Assembly: GCA_026770705.1 (NCBI GenBank)
Contig: JANJGN010000021.1
Location: 14,942,001 to 15,006,000, forward strand
DNA: 64,000 nt
Direction: 5' to 3'
Source: Isurus oxyrinchus
Lineage: Eukaryota
Below the pieces are notes generated by a model that worked only from the letters and a program-made list of their open reading frames with translations, was not told the DNA's origin and did not search any database. This document shows positions 12,506 to 26,275 of this stretch, one piece after another (within the stretch, counting starts at the first letter, position 1; the number at the start of each line of letters is the position of its first letter). A program made the position numbers and the translations under genes.

Positions 12506-13338
12506 ATATTAGAAACATACATCCTCAGCACTAATATTTGAGAAACTGGAAAGTCCCTCTAATTGTTACAATATTTGCCACAGTTGTTGCTGAAAAATCT
12601 AAGCAATGGCCCAGTGTCATAGTCCAGAGACTAGATATATCATTTCACTGGCCATAAAAGTAGTAATGCTTAAACTAGTAACTTATTTGAACCCAATGAA
12701 GCGTTTAATAATTTATGCTGCACCACTTAAAGGCTCAATTGGCACAGCCCCACCTCTCCTAATGCCCAAATCACTTCCCAAGAGAATGCAGGCCAGCACA
12801 AGAGGGTAAATAAACCAGAAAAAGGAACAGATGCACAGACAGGCAAGGACAACACCCACTCCCCTTTCACCCCCCCTCCCCTCTCCCCACCAACAACTGC
12901 CCCACTTCAGACCAAGTCTCCCTCATTCCTCTACTGAACCCCACAGTACCAAAAAAAAAAGCTTAATAGCTTAAATACTCATTGCTTCCAGCACAGTGCA
13001 ACCTGCCAAGAAACTTAGTACATCAATTTACTCCTCCTCTAAGCACTGTATAATTAAGCTACACAATGACTCCATCAAATATTTCTGTGAATGCAGACTC
13101 TTGAAAAAGGTACAATAAAAATAAATTTAAAAATGCATTTTATTGTGGCAACACCTTTTAATTAATACTGTTTTGCAAAGATTTTACACAATAAAAATTC
13201 TGTAACATGCTGTACATTCAACAAAAGCCTCAGTTAAGAAAAATATTTTATTCACAATATATCAGACTTAAATGCCTTAGGGTAAACCAATGGATTCGTG
13301 CTTATCAGCAACTACCCAGGTGCTGCAAAGAAACTTAC

Positions 13339-13556
13339 TTCCTCAGATTATTCAGTTTCGCAATCGTGTTTCCTGTGAATCTAATTTTTACAGACATTAT
13401 AAAGAAGTAATTAAACTATCTGAAACGTAGCAGAACATTGACAAAAAATGTTGCAGCATTCAGGAAGTTGCTATTTTCCTCACTAGTCAATGTTACTGTG
13501 GCACGTCAAGAAGGAGTTGGCACTGGAATATCCCAAGAGGATTCGAAACAAAGCTT
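13339..13556 (-). other. Candidate non-coding cassette exon in host intron 1
   Basis: Acceptor TTTTACATTTTAG| (AG at 13557-13558) and donor |GTAAGT (13333-13338); 218 nt, unique sequence. Confidence 0.35.
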
Positions 13557-13736
13557 CTAAAATGTAAAATAGGCAAAATCTTTATGGGATCTTTTCAATA
13601 TTCAAGGAGGCAAGAAATATAATGAGATTAGAATTTTGTTTAATTCTGGAGACTGAGTTAAAGCTCTGCTTTGTGCAACTGCACACAATTATGATCAGAA
13701 AGCCCAGAAGCTATGGAATATGTTTGGGGGTTATGA

Positions 13737-13820
13737 GGTGGTGGTGGTGGTGGTGGTGGTGAGGTGGGGGGGTAAGGGGGGGGGTGGGTGAGGGTGGTGT
13801 GTGTGTGTGTGTGTGTGTGA
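13737..13820. repeat. (GGT)n, G-run and (GT)n microsatellites
   Basis: Directly visible. Confidence 0.9.
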
Positions 13821-15418
13821 GAGAAGGAGTGGGGAGGGTTGTTGGGACTGTCACAGTGCGGTTCTAAGGGCTTGTTACACTTGTCAAATTCTCTCCATTC
13901 AATAAAATATGTTCACCTCCCAGTTGCTTTTTACACAGCTGGGGCATGATGGCAGTGATGGGCAGAAAAAGCCAAAAGGAAACAATTGTACAGGGGATTT
14001 TTTTTTTAATTCAAAATATTTGAAATGTAGGACAAATTTAGAAGGATCATCAACGACATCAGAATTTATCTGTAAGATGGTGTCAGCTAGCACCAAGAGC
14101 CAGAATCTAGTTCTGATCATTCAAATGAACCACCTGCTGCTTCATGAAACCACAGCATTTACAGTCTCTGCAGTTTCATTAACTGGAAGGGTTGAATAGG
14201 CATAGCCGTCACTGATACAATTCTTCCTGATCTCCTCTAACTGCTTCATCCTTCCTTACAGAACCTTCCCCATCACTTGCCTTTGCTATCATTTCACACC
14301 TCCTGCTGCTCTGAATTGAAACTTAAGATTTTTTTAAAAAATGCATATACCTCTGTTTGCAACATGATGTTAGTTTAAAAGGATAATGCTGTCAGGACAG
14401 TGAATTTAGTTGTTCAATTCACCTTCACGCTTATCCTGGTCAGATGCTACATTTCTGAATTATTGCAGGTTTAAAAACATTCTTTTCTGGTATCTTTTGC
14501 TAACCCAGAACTAACTCTGAAAAGACAATTGGGTTATCAAATTCTCAGCAGCTTTAACTCCCAAACACACTATTAATGCAGGAGGTGGGGTGATGAATAA
14601 TAATAGAATCAATTTGTAAAAACTGTATGTCAGGCAATAAAGAGCAACCATTCTGGGGTCTGGATAATACAACAGGTTAGTATGTTCCTTCATTTCTGTA
14701 AAGGAGTTTCAGTCCCAACCTGGTTAACAGAATTCAAGCTTTTTCTCTCTCCCTGTCAGCCCTAAGATCCAAGAGGTGAAAAATGTTGCAGCGGGGGGGG
14801 GGGGGGGGGAGGGGAACAATCTTCCTCAGCGGTTTGGAATTTTCATAGATTTACATAAGTGTCTAGAACACAGAAACCAGCCACTTGGCCCAACTAGTTT
14901 CTTGCTTCACAGAAGCCTCCTCTCGCTCCTCATTTAATTCCTCTCATTTGAAGCACAAGGCCATCAGCAATCGGCTGTGCTACATCTGATGGCGAATACC
15001 TGAGAAACAAACACTGGGGAACTCTTGCTAGGAAAGACTTTCATTCCCTAGCAATTAAATTTGCAAGGTGTGCGAAACTCACTCCATTCAAAGCCGCAAG
15101 CACGAATTTTCCCATTCAACACGAAGGAAAGTGCAAACAACGGAGAAATGATGAAGAAAGCGTAAAACGAAGATATTGCCCTCATATTATTGGAAAGTTT
15201 AAGCAAATGCAAGAAATTAAATCCAGTCAAAGGTGACTTTGGTGCCTAAAATGACACTGGCCCTACTGGTGATCGTTAAAATTTAAATTTAGTTGGTAGT
15301 AATAATGATTTTATGTTGGTACATGCAACCAGTAACCCCACTCCAGAATTTAAAAACTACAGTGACTCAGGGGCTCTTACACTGCACCAGAGGTGATTCA
15401 CTGGAATTTTTTTGCCAT

Positions 15419-15442
15419 TGAGAGAGAGAGAGAGAGAGAGAG
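15419..15442. repeat. (AG)n microsatellite
   Basis: Directly visible. Confidence 0.9.
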
Positions 15443-18400
15443 TTTGGAGACACTATGACTATTCTTGTATTAGCTAGCAATGTACCTGGGGAACAAATAC
15501 AAGTTATGCTATTAGCATGAGATTCTCATTTTATTTCAACTCTTAACTACAGTAAGCCACTATTCTGAAACGTTAATGAATTTGTACTCAAATAGCAAGA
15601 CAAAATCATGGCTTGAAATAAATATTTAAATTAACCAACTATTTTCTCTGCCTCAAAATAAAAAGATTCAGACTAGAAGGCACAAATAATACTTATATCT
15701 GGCTCACAAATCCTCAATGAATATAGCAATCTCCCATGGTAAAAACATGACTAAAATACCGGCACCAGAATTTGTGGGGTCTGGAGCACCAACATGAAAG
15801 CAAGGATCCACACAACTCTGTTATGATACATATTTAAATGGCACTATTAAAAAGGAACTCTGAGACACAAAAGAAAATCCACTGTGCTTCAATTTTGGGT
15901 TACCAAACTGCCCTTTTGACTTCGGGAACCAAAATATTAATCAGTTCAAACTGACTGGCTAAAAGTCACTTCACTGATGATAGAAATTCTATTTAACAAT
16001 GTTTCAGCAGTCACAACCTAGTTTCCAAGAGCACAGTGCCTGTAATCAACAAACTCAATCAAACAGGTCACAAAAAGAATTGGTGTGAAGAACTGAAAAC
16101 ATTAATAGTACAGTCTAGTGTACTCAAGGTCAGAGTCATCTTTCATTATTGAAGCAAAACATGATCAGTTGTGGTTATGGTACTTAATGGTGGCAATTAT
16201 AACTCTCTTCCATTCCCTAGCATCACCTGGACTAAATTCACCTTTAATAATTGAATTATTTTTGTATTTAATTGTTATCAGTTTTCTTGTATTTATTCTT
16301 CCCTGGCACAAAGGTAATCCAAACCATTGGGAAGGACAGAAACTAGCAAGCTTCTAAATGCAACATACGTGCCACTTCTGGTCAGTCACTAGGAGTGGCT
16401 GGCATGATGCAAGTCAATTTGTCTACCTTTCCATCAGCAAGGCACCTCATTAACACTCAGTGCTGTGCTCAGTGAATCTGAGAGACGTCAGTATCATCGC
16501 TACAATTCAGATCCAGCTCTCCTGGTCGATGAGATATTACACAAATATGTTGCATCACTGTGCATGAAATAAACGTGATGTATTTATTTCTGCTCCATTA
16601 AGGTACAAACTGACTATAATGTACCAACGCATCAGAACAAGATAGTGATTTCAAGGAGGACACATATGTCTGCTGAAGCAAAAACACCTACAAGTAAATC
16701 ACCATTTATGCTGCTTCAAAGCTGTAATCATTTAAATATTATCCAAATGTATGCTGCAGAATGACAATGCTGTATGTATAATTTTACACATGCAAATGCA
16801 GGCAACTGACAATTCAACCAGAGACTCCTAGGTGTCACACCTTTATCCCTGCTGAAATGAATCATGTAGTCATGCACATGTGCTGCGGGTTACAGGAGTG
16901 ACAACTTGCTGCAATGTGCAGTTAGTTTCTTGAGTCACTATTATTTCAGGGCAGGCCACTTAGAAACATCATATAGAAAGTAGGTGTCTTTGTAGGTAAC
17001 ACTTTGTTCATGTAATCTACTTGGACTGGTTCTGATCACCTGAGGGGGATTCAGAGAGCAATTCTCCAGAAGTCCCCCCCCCCACCCCCAACCCCCTTTA
17101 TTTGCCCTTGTTTCAGTTTTTGATATTACATGGCTGTAGGGGTGTGCATGAAGTGGTAGCGGGGAAGTGAGGGTGGGATGTAGGTGGAGGGTGCGTGAAG
17201 AAGTGTTTAGCTGTGACAGTTCAACTATCAGAATGTGGAGTATATCTGACAAACCAGCTACTCCCACCCTTCAATTTCTGCCTGCATATGGGGGGGAACA
17301 GACAAGGGTGGGAGGGAAAGATGCTTGCCCAATGGAAACACATCTGGATGCACAGTGTATATGAGCATCCACTAATATCTAGTCTCAACATGCTGTTGTG
17401 CTGCTTTTCTCTGCTTTCTATTTCCCCATGTATGATTCAAAAATGGGAAGGAAGGGAGGAGTATTGCAATTATAAAACCTAGACCAATATGAACTGGAAC
17501 TGGCTCTACAAGATTGAATTAACATTTAGTATCATGGCTCTCAAACACCACAGCATGTGAACAGATTTCCTCCAGAATAAAAAAGCTCAAGAAAATTCAA
17601 AGCACAATATTAGCAAAAACAAGATTCTTTCTTTCTCTCGAATCTTGCTTTCTGCAGGGTTGATGTAATGATATCCAGGCATGTACACTGCTTTGGGGAT
17701 GCATGAGGAATGATGCAGCAGTTCAGTTCCTAACTGTTTACATTCTCAGTCAGTGGGGGTACTGAAAAGAACAGTTTGTTCCCACATATTTGCTTAACAT
17801 TCAGAAGAACATTTTTACTTGAATATGACTGAACTGCAAAACCACAAATTTACACTCAAATTCCACAGGATGAGCATATTCCTGAAAAAATTAAAATATA
17901 CATACATGTTCAAGCAGGTAAAAATGAACGAGGCAAAGCTCCTTTAACATGGGCTATAGCACAAGTTTTGGCAGACAAGAAATGACTCTTCTGAATTCCT
18001 CATTCTATAGCAACACCATTATGTGCTGCCCATAAGAAACAGGAGCTGGAGTAGACCACAATGCCCATCGAGCCTGTTCTACCATTCAATATAATCGTGA
18101 CTGATCTTGGGCTTCAATTCCATATTACCGCCAGCTTCCCATATCCCTTAATTCCCAAAGACCCCAAAAATTTGCCTAAAACAAAAATTAGGAAACAATA
18201 GGTAAATATACATATATATAAATTTTTTTTTAAAGTTTTTTTTTTATTTTCCTCCCACTTTTTGATCAAGTCCCACGTATCATTTCCTGGATGAGAAGAT
18301 AAACAAGCAACGTGCCTCAACCCTCTCTGCCAAAACCAAATTGTAAGTGGCCAACATTGGATGCACAAGGATACTTCCAACTTCAGACCAGGATTTGTGC

Positions 18401-20929
18401 ATGGAGAAACACCAGATGTCAATTACTACCCAATGTTTTTTAAGAAGGTAAAGGGAAAGCAGATTTACCCCAAGACAATACTGACACAATCCAATTTATA
18501 TCGCACATGTATTTATGTACATATCACAAAATACACACAAACCTTTCAGGAGTGACTTTACGAGATTATCCACTGTAATCTATAAAAGGGTCTTTACGTT
18601 ATCAATTACTTGCAACATAAGCACATGCCAGGATCACTGTGCAGTGCAATTTTAGACATAGAACAAAGTAAAACATACATAATTGGCTAGACACGTAACT
18701 GAAGATTTGCATTTTAGATGTAGGACATGAATGTAGGATTTTTTTTTGAATAGAAGTTTTTAAATTCACCTGTTTCTTAATGCTGCCTCCAGTCATTCTT
18801 TTATCAGCAATACTGAAGGAGAGATGATCTGGAGCAAAGACCGCACCACTGTCAATGACAAGTGCTGTTTCTGGATGAACTGGTGCACACAATGCTCCCA
18901 GGGTTTATGTTATGTTAATCAAACACCATAATTTGGAAGAGAGGAAGTGCTTATGTGTTACAAGTTGATCCTTCAACACACAAACACTTCTTTTCAGTCA
19001 ACTCTCTTATCTATACACCTGATATAAACTCAGGCTCTCTAGCGTATCATCAGAATAGACATGATCAACTGGCTCTTAGTTTTGCAAATTCTGAGTAAGG
19101 CCTGAGTTTCAAAACTGAATATTTTGTGATTTTATTTAGTAGCTAATTACACTCATTGAAAAAAATGTATGACCACGTAATATTAACTGATGCCAACAAA
19201 AAATACACACCGAGATTAAAAACTATATTGAAACTAGACAGCTAGCTAAAATAATTTCTTAGTTTCCAGTTGCATCAATTAGAGTCCGACTTTGTGCAAA
19301 AAAAATTACACAGGACAAAACCACCACCAACAGCAGACGAAGATCTTTGTACAAACAAATCATGTGGACCTCTCAGGCTCAATGTAGGCTAATGGCTGAA
19401 TATTTCAACCCACATAAACAATGTCATCACTTTGTATGAATGTTGTAGACTGTATCCGATCCTGTGATGGTCATCCTGAATAACACAACCTTCAGTAACC
19501 TACCTGGAAGCAAGAGATGAATACTGCCAGCAGCCTTACTGGTGTCATGCAAAGTATAGTTAAGGACAACATTGCGATCCTGCTAGTGCTGACATATTAA
19601 AATGATTGCAGACTGAGACGGGACAGACAAAATGCAATATTCTGCAAAAGTGACTCCACTAGCACTGTTCTACATACCACGTACACTGTATACAATAATT
19701 GGCTATGTATGTTACAACATCACAGCATAATCAAAAGGTTCTGATGAGGCAGAGGATTGAAGCAAAATTGGTTTAAGGGCATCACACCAAGACTGCAATA
19801 CATTCTTAGACAGTTGCTCCATAATGTTTTCAAGTGAATTTTACTGTATTGATCCAATTTTTAAACTATATTTTCTCCAGACAGCTGTACATCTCCCACA
19901 GGAGCATTTTCAGTCTGTGATCACCACCGAGATTCTATCTTCCTCTGCCAATGCTAGGTTTTGCCAATCAGACAAGACAAATAGTATGATACAGGTGAGA
20001 TAAGAATTGTGATGTAGCCAAGTGAGACTGCATCATCTGGTGTCCGGATATTACAAGGTTACCGTTTGCAGCATTTCGCCAGCTTATTTCACTAGCAACA
20101 ACAGCAATGAGTAACATCTTAATCTCCCACCCTGAACAAGAATAACCCGACAGGCTGACTCCAATACCAAGTCGGCTTTTCCAAAAAAAAAAAAGAAAAA
20201 AATCGCATTTAATTTCGAAAAGACGATCCTGGCAGGTTGGATCGGACGTTTTAATCGTACAACAAAAAGTTTATTTTTAAAAAAAAACACAATTGGAAAG
20301 GGCTCTTGCGGGACTGAATTTGCGATGCATGAGCTTCACTGAAAGCAAAACCCCCCCCACCCCACCACACCACCCACCCACCCACCCCAAAACCCCTGAG
20401 CAGTAAAACCCCAACTGTGGCCAGAGCTATGAACAGGCAGTGAGAGAGGGAGAGGGAGAGAGATAGGGAGAGAGATAGGGGAATGACAGCTGAGAGAGAG
20501 AGAGACTGGGAAATACTGTCGCAAGTTCGGTGCAATTCAGGCTGCGAATGCATTAAACGGCGCTGCGTTTTTTAAAGGTCCGGCACGCATGCATTTTCAG
20601 AAAGCGGAATGCTGCATTCCAGCAAAAAAAAAAGGCAGCATCAAGGGGGGGGGGGGGGTGGGGGTAGGGGGGGAACTCTCTCGGCAACCTGACATTTTCA
20701 CCAAAATTCACCATCGATGTTTCATTCACTCAGCATCACCCCCCCCACCCCCCCCAAAGCAAAAACACCACCTCCAATCCTCTGCAAACCTCTCTATCCA
20801 ATATACACCTCCTGCCTGATGTATGTCTGCAGTACTCCTCCCCGCCCCTGCAATGCACTCTCTTAGCAATCGCCAACAGGGTTTGCCTCTCTCAGGGTCT
20901 CGCTCTCTCAACTACTCTAGGAGAAAGGT

Positions 20930-21280
20930 GAGCCGCTTGTTACCTGCAGCCTCCGCCCGGCTCGCGCACCTCCGACTAATCGTCCCGGCAGCCGGCAGCG
21001 CGCATGCGCCCTCCCCCCCCCACCCACCCGGCAACAACACTCCCCCCCTCCCCTCACCACCCTTTAGCCGGCCGGCAAGTCAGTCAGTCAGCCAGCCAGC
21101 CAGCCAGCCGGCGACCCGCAGCCCGCATGCGCCGCCATCCCCAGCCGGCCGGCAGCCGGGTGCGTGCATGCGCCGTCGCCTCTTCCTCCTCCTCCTCCTC
21201 TTCTCCTGCTCTCATCTCCACCCACCCACACCCCCACGGGAGCGCGGGCTGGCAACATCTCCGGAGCATGCGCAGCAGCA
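20930..21280 (-). promoter_or_regulatory. CpG-island promoter with four NRF1-type GCATGCGC motifs
   Basis: Densest CpG segment of unique DNA in the window. GCGCATGCGC 21000-21009, CCGCATGCGC 21123-21132, GTGCATGCGC 21164-21173, GAGCATGCGC 21264-21273; GC box near 20953. Confidence 0.8.
20944..21200 (-). other. Putative non-coding exon 1 of the host gene (5' boundary uncertain)
   Basis: Donor CTGCAG|GTAACA (intron starts at 20943) at the edge of the CpG island. Confidence 0.6.
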
Positions 21281-21339
21281 ACAGCAGCACATGGTTAGAG
21301 GTGTGAGAGGGAGGGAGAGGGACCACATGGAGGAGATGG

Positions 21340-22050
21340 GGAGAGATGGGGGGGGGGGGGGGAGATTGGGGGGGAGAGATTGTGGGAGAGATTGTGGGGG
21401 GAGAGATTGGGGGGAAGAGATTGTGGAGAGAGAGATTGGGGGGAAGAGATTGGGGGGAAGGGTTGGGGGGAGAGATTCTGGGGGAAGAGATTGGGGGAGA
21501 GATTGACGGGGGAAGAGATTGGGGGGAAGAGATTGGGGGGAGAGATTGGGGGGAAGAGATTGGGGGGAGAGATTGTGGGAGAGATTGGGGGAAGAGATTG
21601 GGGGGAGAGATTGGGAGGGAAGAGATTGTGGGGGGAGAGATTGGGGGGAGAGATTGGGGGGAAGAGATTGTGGAGAGAGAGATTGGGGGAAGAGATTGGG
21701 GGGAAGGGATGGGGGAGAGATTCTGGGGGAAGAGATTGGGGAGAGATTGAGGGGGAAGAGATTGGGGGGGAGAGATTGGGGGGGAAGAGATTGGGGGGAG
21801 AGATTGGGGGAAGAGATTGGGGGAAGAGATTGGAGGGAGAGATTGGGAGGGAAGAGATTGTGGGGGGAGAGATTGGGGGGAGAGATTGGGGGGAAGAGAT
21901 TGTGGAGAGAGAGATTGGGGGGAAGAGATTGGGGGAAGAGATTGTGGGGGGAGAGATTCTGGGGGAAGAGATTGGGGGAGAGATTGAGGGGGGAAGAGAT
22001 TGTGGGGGAGAGATTGGGGGGAAGAGATTGGGGGAGGAGATTGGGGGGAG
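21340..22050. repeat. G-rich minisatellite (~12-15-nt GGGGGA(A)GAGATT units) with a ~240-bp higher-order period
   Basis: Variant units recur: CTGGGGG at 21478/21723/21959 and GTGGAGAGAGAG at 21423/21670/21902. Confidence 0.9.
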
Positions 22051-22715
22051 CTTGAAGAGGAAGTGATGGCACAAGAGGGGAAGGGAAGTATGGGGACGTG
22101 AGGGTGGAGACTGAAGAGGGAGTGAAGGCATAAGAGGGGAAGGGGAGTACAAGGAAAAGAGGATGGGAAGAGGGGTGAAAGAGAAGGGTAAGTGGGGTGT
22201 ATAGAGAGAGAGAATGCAGGGAAGGTGAAGGAGAGAGAGGGAGCGGGGAGAGGAGAGAGGGAGCAGGGATGGGAGAGAGGAGGATGGAGTGACAGGGCAC
22301 AGAGGGAGCAGGCAGGGGGGGAGGGAGAGACAGGGCGCAGAGGCGAGGGAGAGTGAGGAAAGGGAGGAGGGGAAGGGAAAGAGTGGGGCAGGGAATGAGA
22401 AAGAAGGAGCAGTGTTGGGGAGCAAGGGAGGGGAGAGAGCAGTGGGATGGGGAGGGTAAATGAGGAAGGGAGGGAGAGAAGGGCAAGCAAGGAAGACGAG
22501 ATGTGGGGCAGGGAAAGAGAGGGATACAGAGACAGAAAGAGGAGAATGGAGATGAGGAGAGGGAGAAGAGGAAACAGGGATGTGGAGGAGGAGGGAGGGA
22601 GAGGAAGTAGAGGAGGAGGAAGGAGTGGAGGGGAAAAGAAGGGAGGGGAAGAGGAAGAGGGGAGGTGCAAGTGAGTGCGGATGAGAGAGGAGTAGGGAAT
22701 AGATGTGAGAGAGGC
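22051..22715. repeat. Polypurine low-complexity tract
   Basis: Almost entirely G/A on the + strand. Confidence 0.85.
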
Positions 22716-24624
22716 AAGTGACTCCTTTCTCCTTGTGCACTTGTACACATCATTTTCCCTCTTTGTCGCGAGCATAATTTGTTTCCTGCCATTGCCCATG
22801 ATTAGTATGTTTGTGCAAGAGGGGTTTGTTTTTCTTACCAATGGAGTGCATATCACAATTAAATAATTCAGCAGCAAGCATTTGTGAGTTTCAAAATAAA
22901 GAAGGTTTATTTATTTTCACATCCTTACCTCAATTTAAACAACATTTCACACACTTGTTCTCACAGAAGCTCTCTCACACACAACGATTAGATACATACG
23001 AAGGTTATACATGGTTATATTACACTTGTCTCAGTCTCTGATTTATACCCTCATGAAGCAGACCTGTAGTTTCTTGGCTGGTCTCAATGCTTTGGGAGTT
23101 GAAATGAGGGATTGGTAAAGTGAAGGCTGAGAGGTTTCTTGTACTTGAATATCAAGGAGGTTGGTTCTCAGGTTAACTTTAATTGGAATGGATTGGGCCT
23201 TTTGTGGTCAGTTTTAAAATATAAAGATTAATTGGAAATTCAGAATTACTGGGGCTTGACCGCCACACAAAAAAATTGAACCTTTATGACATTTGTTTTC
23301 ATGGCTTCCCTGTGAGGCAGAAGAAAATGTACACATTCACTTTTCACACATATTCAGACACTCATACAGGAACTGGGTATTTCTATAGTTTTTCTGTCAG
23401 TCACATCCCCTTTTTTCTTAAAATCCCCAGTTATCTGTTATCTAGTGAATGTTCATTAAAACCTCAACGCCAGATTTCAAGGATTTTAACATTGACAAGC
23501 ATATGATTCTTACTGCACTTAGCAGTTCATGCTAATTTCTTTGGGGGAGTCAGATTTTGCAGGCCTCTGGCCTATTTCAAAGTTTGTAAATCACTCTGAT
23601 TGGTGTTCTTGTGTTGCCTGGAGGGCTTTTTAACCCTTTCATAGCTGATTTCATAACCAAGGAGTTTGATCATTTAGGTTCTGGTCCATTGATGATTTGT
23701 ATTTTTAGGTTGCTAGACCTGGATTGTGTATTGTTTTAACCCATGTGAGGTGTCTGAGTTCTCCTCCTGCACCTTATTCTCATTGGGCTTAGAGGTTGGA
23801 TAGCTGGGTTTAGGTGGGTTTAAGTTTTACCCTGATCCTGTGATGGTTCAATGTAGCTTTCACAAGTACAGTTGTCTTAGGCTGTAGTGCCTTCCCCTTT
23901 CTCTTATATGGGGGATGGGTTGGTCCCCAATCTGTCCATGTCCTTTGTGACACTACTGCCCATAGATGGCTGACTAGCTTCTGCTGCACTGACCTGTGGC
24001 ACTTCAGTCAGGTGAAACATCTCCCTCGCTGTCTGTCTGTTGGTTTGGGAACTTTCTCTGTCCCTTTTTAAATCTAGGAAGAAAGTGCCTGCTAATCAGA
24101 CCTCTGGCTCAGCCCTTTTATTCTCTTAAAATTCTACAGGTCTTTCCCTGGTCTCTTTAGCTTTCTTGGGTTCTATCCGAACCCCCTTTACCTTGGTAGG
24201 CCCTCTCCAGGCCTCCAGAAGGTCCTCTTTCCTTCTAATTCCTTAATCCTTACTGGCTCTATTGCTCCTTGTTAGGGACTTCCTCAGCCTTCTGCAGCTG
24301 AGCAGAATTTTGCTGGTTCTCTTCCATTTCCCCAAACTCCGTGGATGGCTTTGAAATCTCTGGGCATAGTGCCTGGTAGCCCACCAAGTCATTTCCAAAG
24401 AATACATTCATTCCCTGTATGGGAGGGCAAGCTCAGAACAACCCCAGCCATCACCATACCAGTGACTCCCTTACCCTACAGGTGACATTTCACTAGGGGG
24501 ACTTTTAAACTTGTGCCAGTAAGCTCTTTAAGCAGCGCTGTGCTACAAGCAAGCTTTGCAAGCAATCTGTATCTCTAAAAATGGGTCTTTCTCTTCTTGG
24601 AACTTGTACATACAAACATATGAA

Positions 24625-25475
24625 ATAGGAACAGGAGTAGACCATTCAGCCCCCCCATGCCTGCTCCACCATTCAATAAGATCATGATTGAACTGTTTGT
24701 GCTTCAAATTCCTCATTCCCATCTACTTCTGATAACCTTTGATTCCCTTCCTTAACAAGAATCTATCTTTGCCTTAAAAATATTCAATGACCCCCTTCCA
24801 CCACTTCTGATGCAGAGAGTTCTAAAGTCACAAACCCTCTCAGAGAACAAAATTCCCCTCATCTCTGTCCTAAAAGGGCGACCCCTAATTTTAAAACAGT
24901 GCCCCCTAGTTCTGGACTCACCCACAAGAGGAAACATCCTTTCCACGTCCACCTTGTCAATACCGTTCAGGATCTTATATATTTCAGTGTTAACTCTGTT
25001 TCTCTCTCCACAGATGCTGCCAGACCTGCTGAGTTTTTCCAGCATTTTCTGTTTTTATTATCCTTACTTATATGTTCAATTCCTCACATAATAAAGGATA
25101 GCATTCCATTAACCTTCTTAATTACTTGCTGTACCTGTATACTAACTTTTTGTGACTCATGCACTAGAACATCTAGATCCCTCTGCACCTCAGAATTCTG
25201 CAGCCATTCTCCATTTAAGTAATACTCTGCTTTTTTATTCTTCCTGCCAAAGTGAACAACTTCACATTTCCCTACATTATAATCCATCTGCCAGATTTTT
25301 GCCCACTCACTCAACCTATCTACATCCATCTGCAACCTCCTTATGTCCTCTTCACAACATACTTTCCTACTCAGCTTTGTGCCATCTGCAAATTTAGCTA
25401 CCATACCTTCACTCCCCTCATCGCAGTCACTGATATAAATTAACGTTGAGGCCCCAGCACAGACCCCTGCAGGAC
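24625..25475 (-). mobile_element. CR1 LINE 3' fragments with a short PLE-type tail insert (~24988-25058)
   Basis: ORFs 24752-25045 and 25084-25500 (KFADGTK, VERMFPLVGESRTRGH). Confidence 0.85.
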
Positions 25476-25734
25476 TCCACTCATCACTTTTGTGATACAA
25501 AAGGAATTATTTTTCCTTCGTGCAAGGACTCTTGGCAGGAATTCTGTCCCACCCCAGCTCCATTTGTATCTGGGCTCAGTGCCTTGCAGGTTATGGACAC
25601 GGCTCTCACCATAGCACCCCCTGTTGGTCTTCTGGAAAACCAGCAGTTTTCTCTGATGTGTCCAGGCCTTCTGCACTGAAAGCATGCAGGGCGGGTTCCA
25701 GCCGGTTTACTTTCCAGGCTCTTTCTTTCGAAAA

Positions 25735-26275
25735 GAATACTGGAGCGTTGTGTTCAGTTCTTTAGGAAGGATGTGAAGGCATTGGAGAGAGTGCTGAAAA
25801 GATTCACGAGAATGGTTCCAGGGATGAGAAATCAGTTATGAAGATAGGCTGTAGAAGTTAGGACTGTTTTCCTTAGAGAAAAGAAGGCTGAGAGGAGATT
25901 TGGTAGAGGTATTCTAAAACATGAGGGGTCTGGACAGAGTAGATAGGAAGAAACTGCTCCCTCTGTGAAAGGAGCAAAAACCAGAGGGCACAGATTTAAA
26001 GTAATTTGCAAAAGAAGGAAAAGTGAAATGAAAAAAACCTCTTTTGCACAGCGAGTGGTTAAGTTCTGGAATGCACTGCCTGAGAGTGTGGTGGAGGCAG
26101 GTTCAATCAGAGTATTCAGAAGGGTACTAGACTGTTATTGGAAAAGGAAGAATGTGCTGGGTTATGGGGAGAAGGCAGGGGAATGATACTAGTTGGGTTG
26201 CTCATTCAGAGAGCCGGTATAGACATGATGGGCTAAATAGCCTCTTTCTGCACCATAACAATTCTGTGATTCCGT
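25735..26275 (+). mobile_element. CR1 LINE 3' fragment
   Basis: KTRGHRFKV...QRVVKFWNALP; ATTCTGTG tail. Confidence 0.85.

Noticed and set aside
20823-21506. 227-aa + strand ORF over the CpG island
   Set aside because: GC-rich low-complexity frame running into the minisatellite; the splice donor supports minus-strand transcription
21084-22877. Long ORFs (597, 526, 481 aa and + strand counterparts)
   Set aside because: Products of the stop-poor G-rich minisatellite and polypurine tract; open in nearly all frames, low complexity
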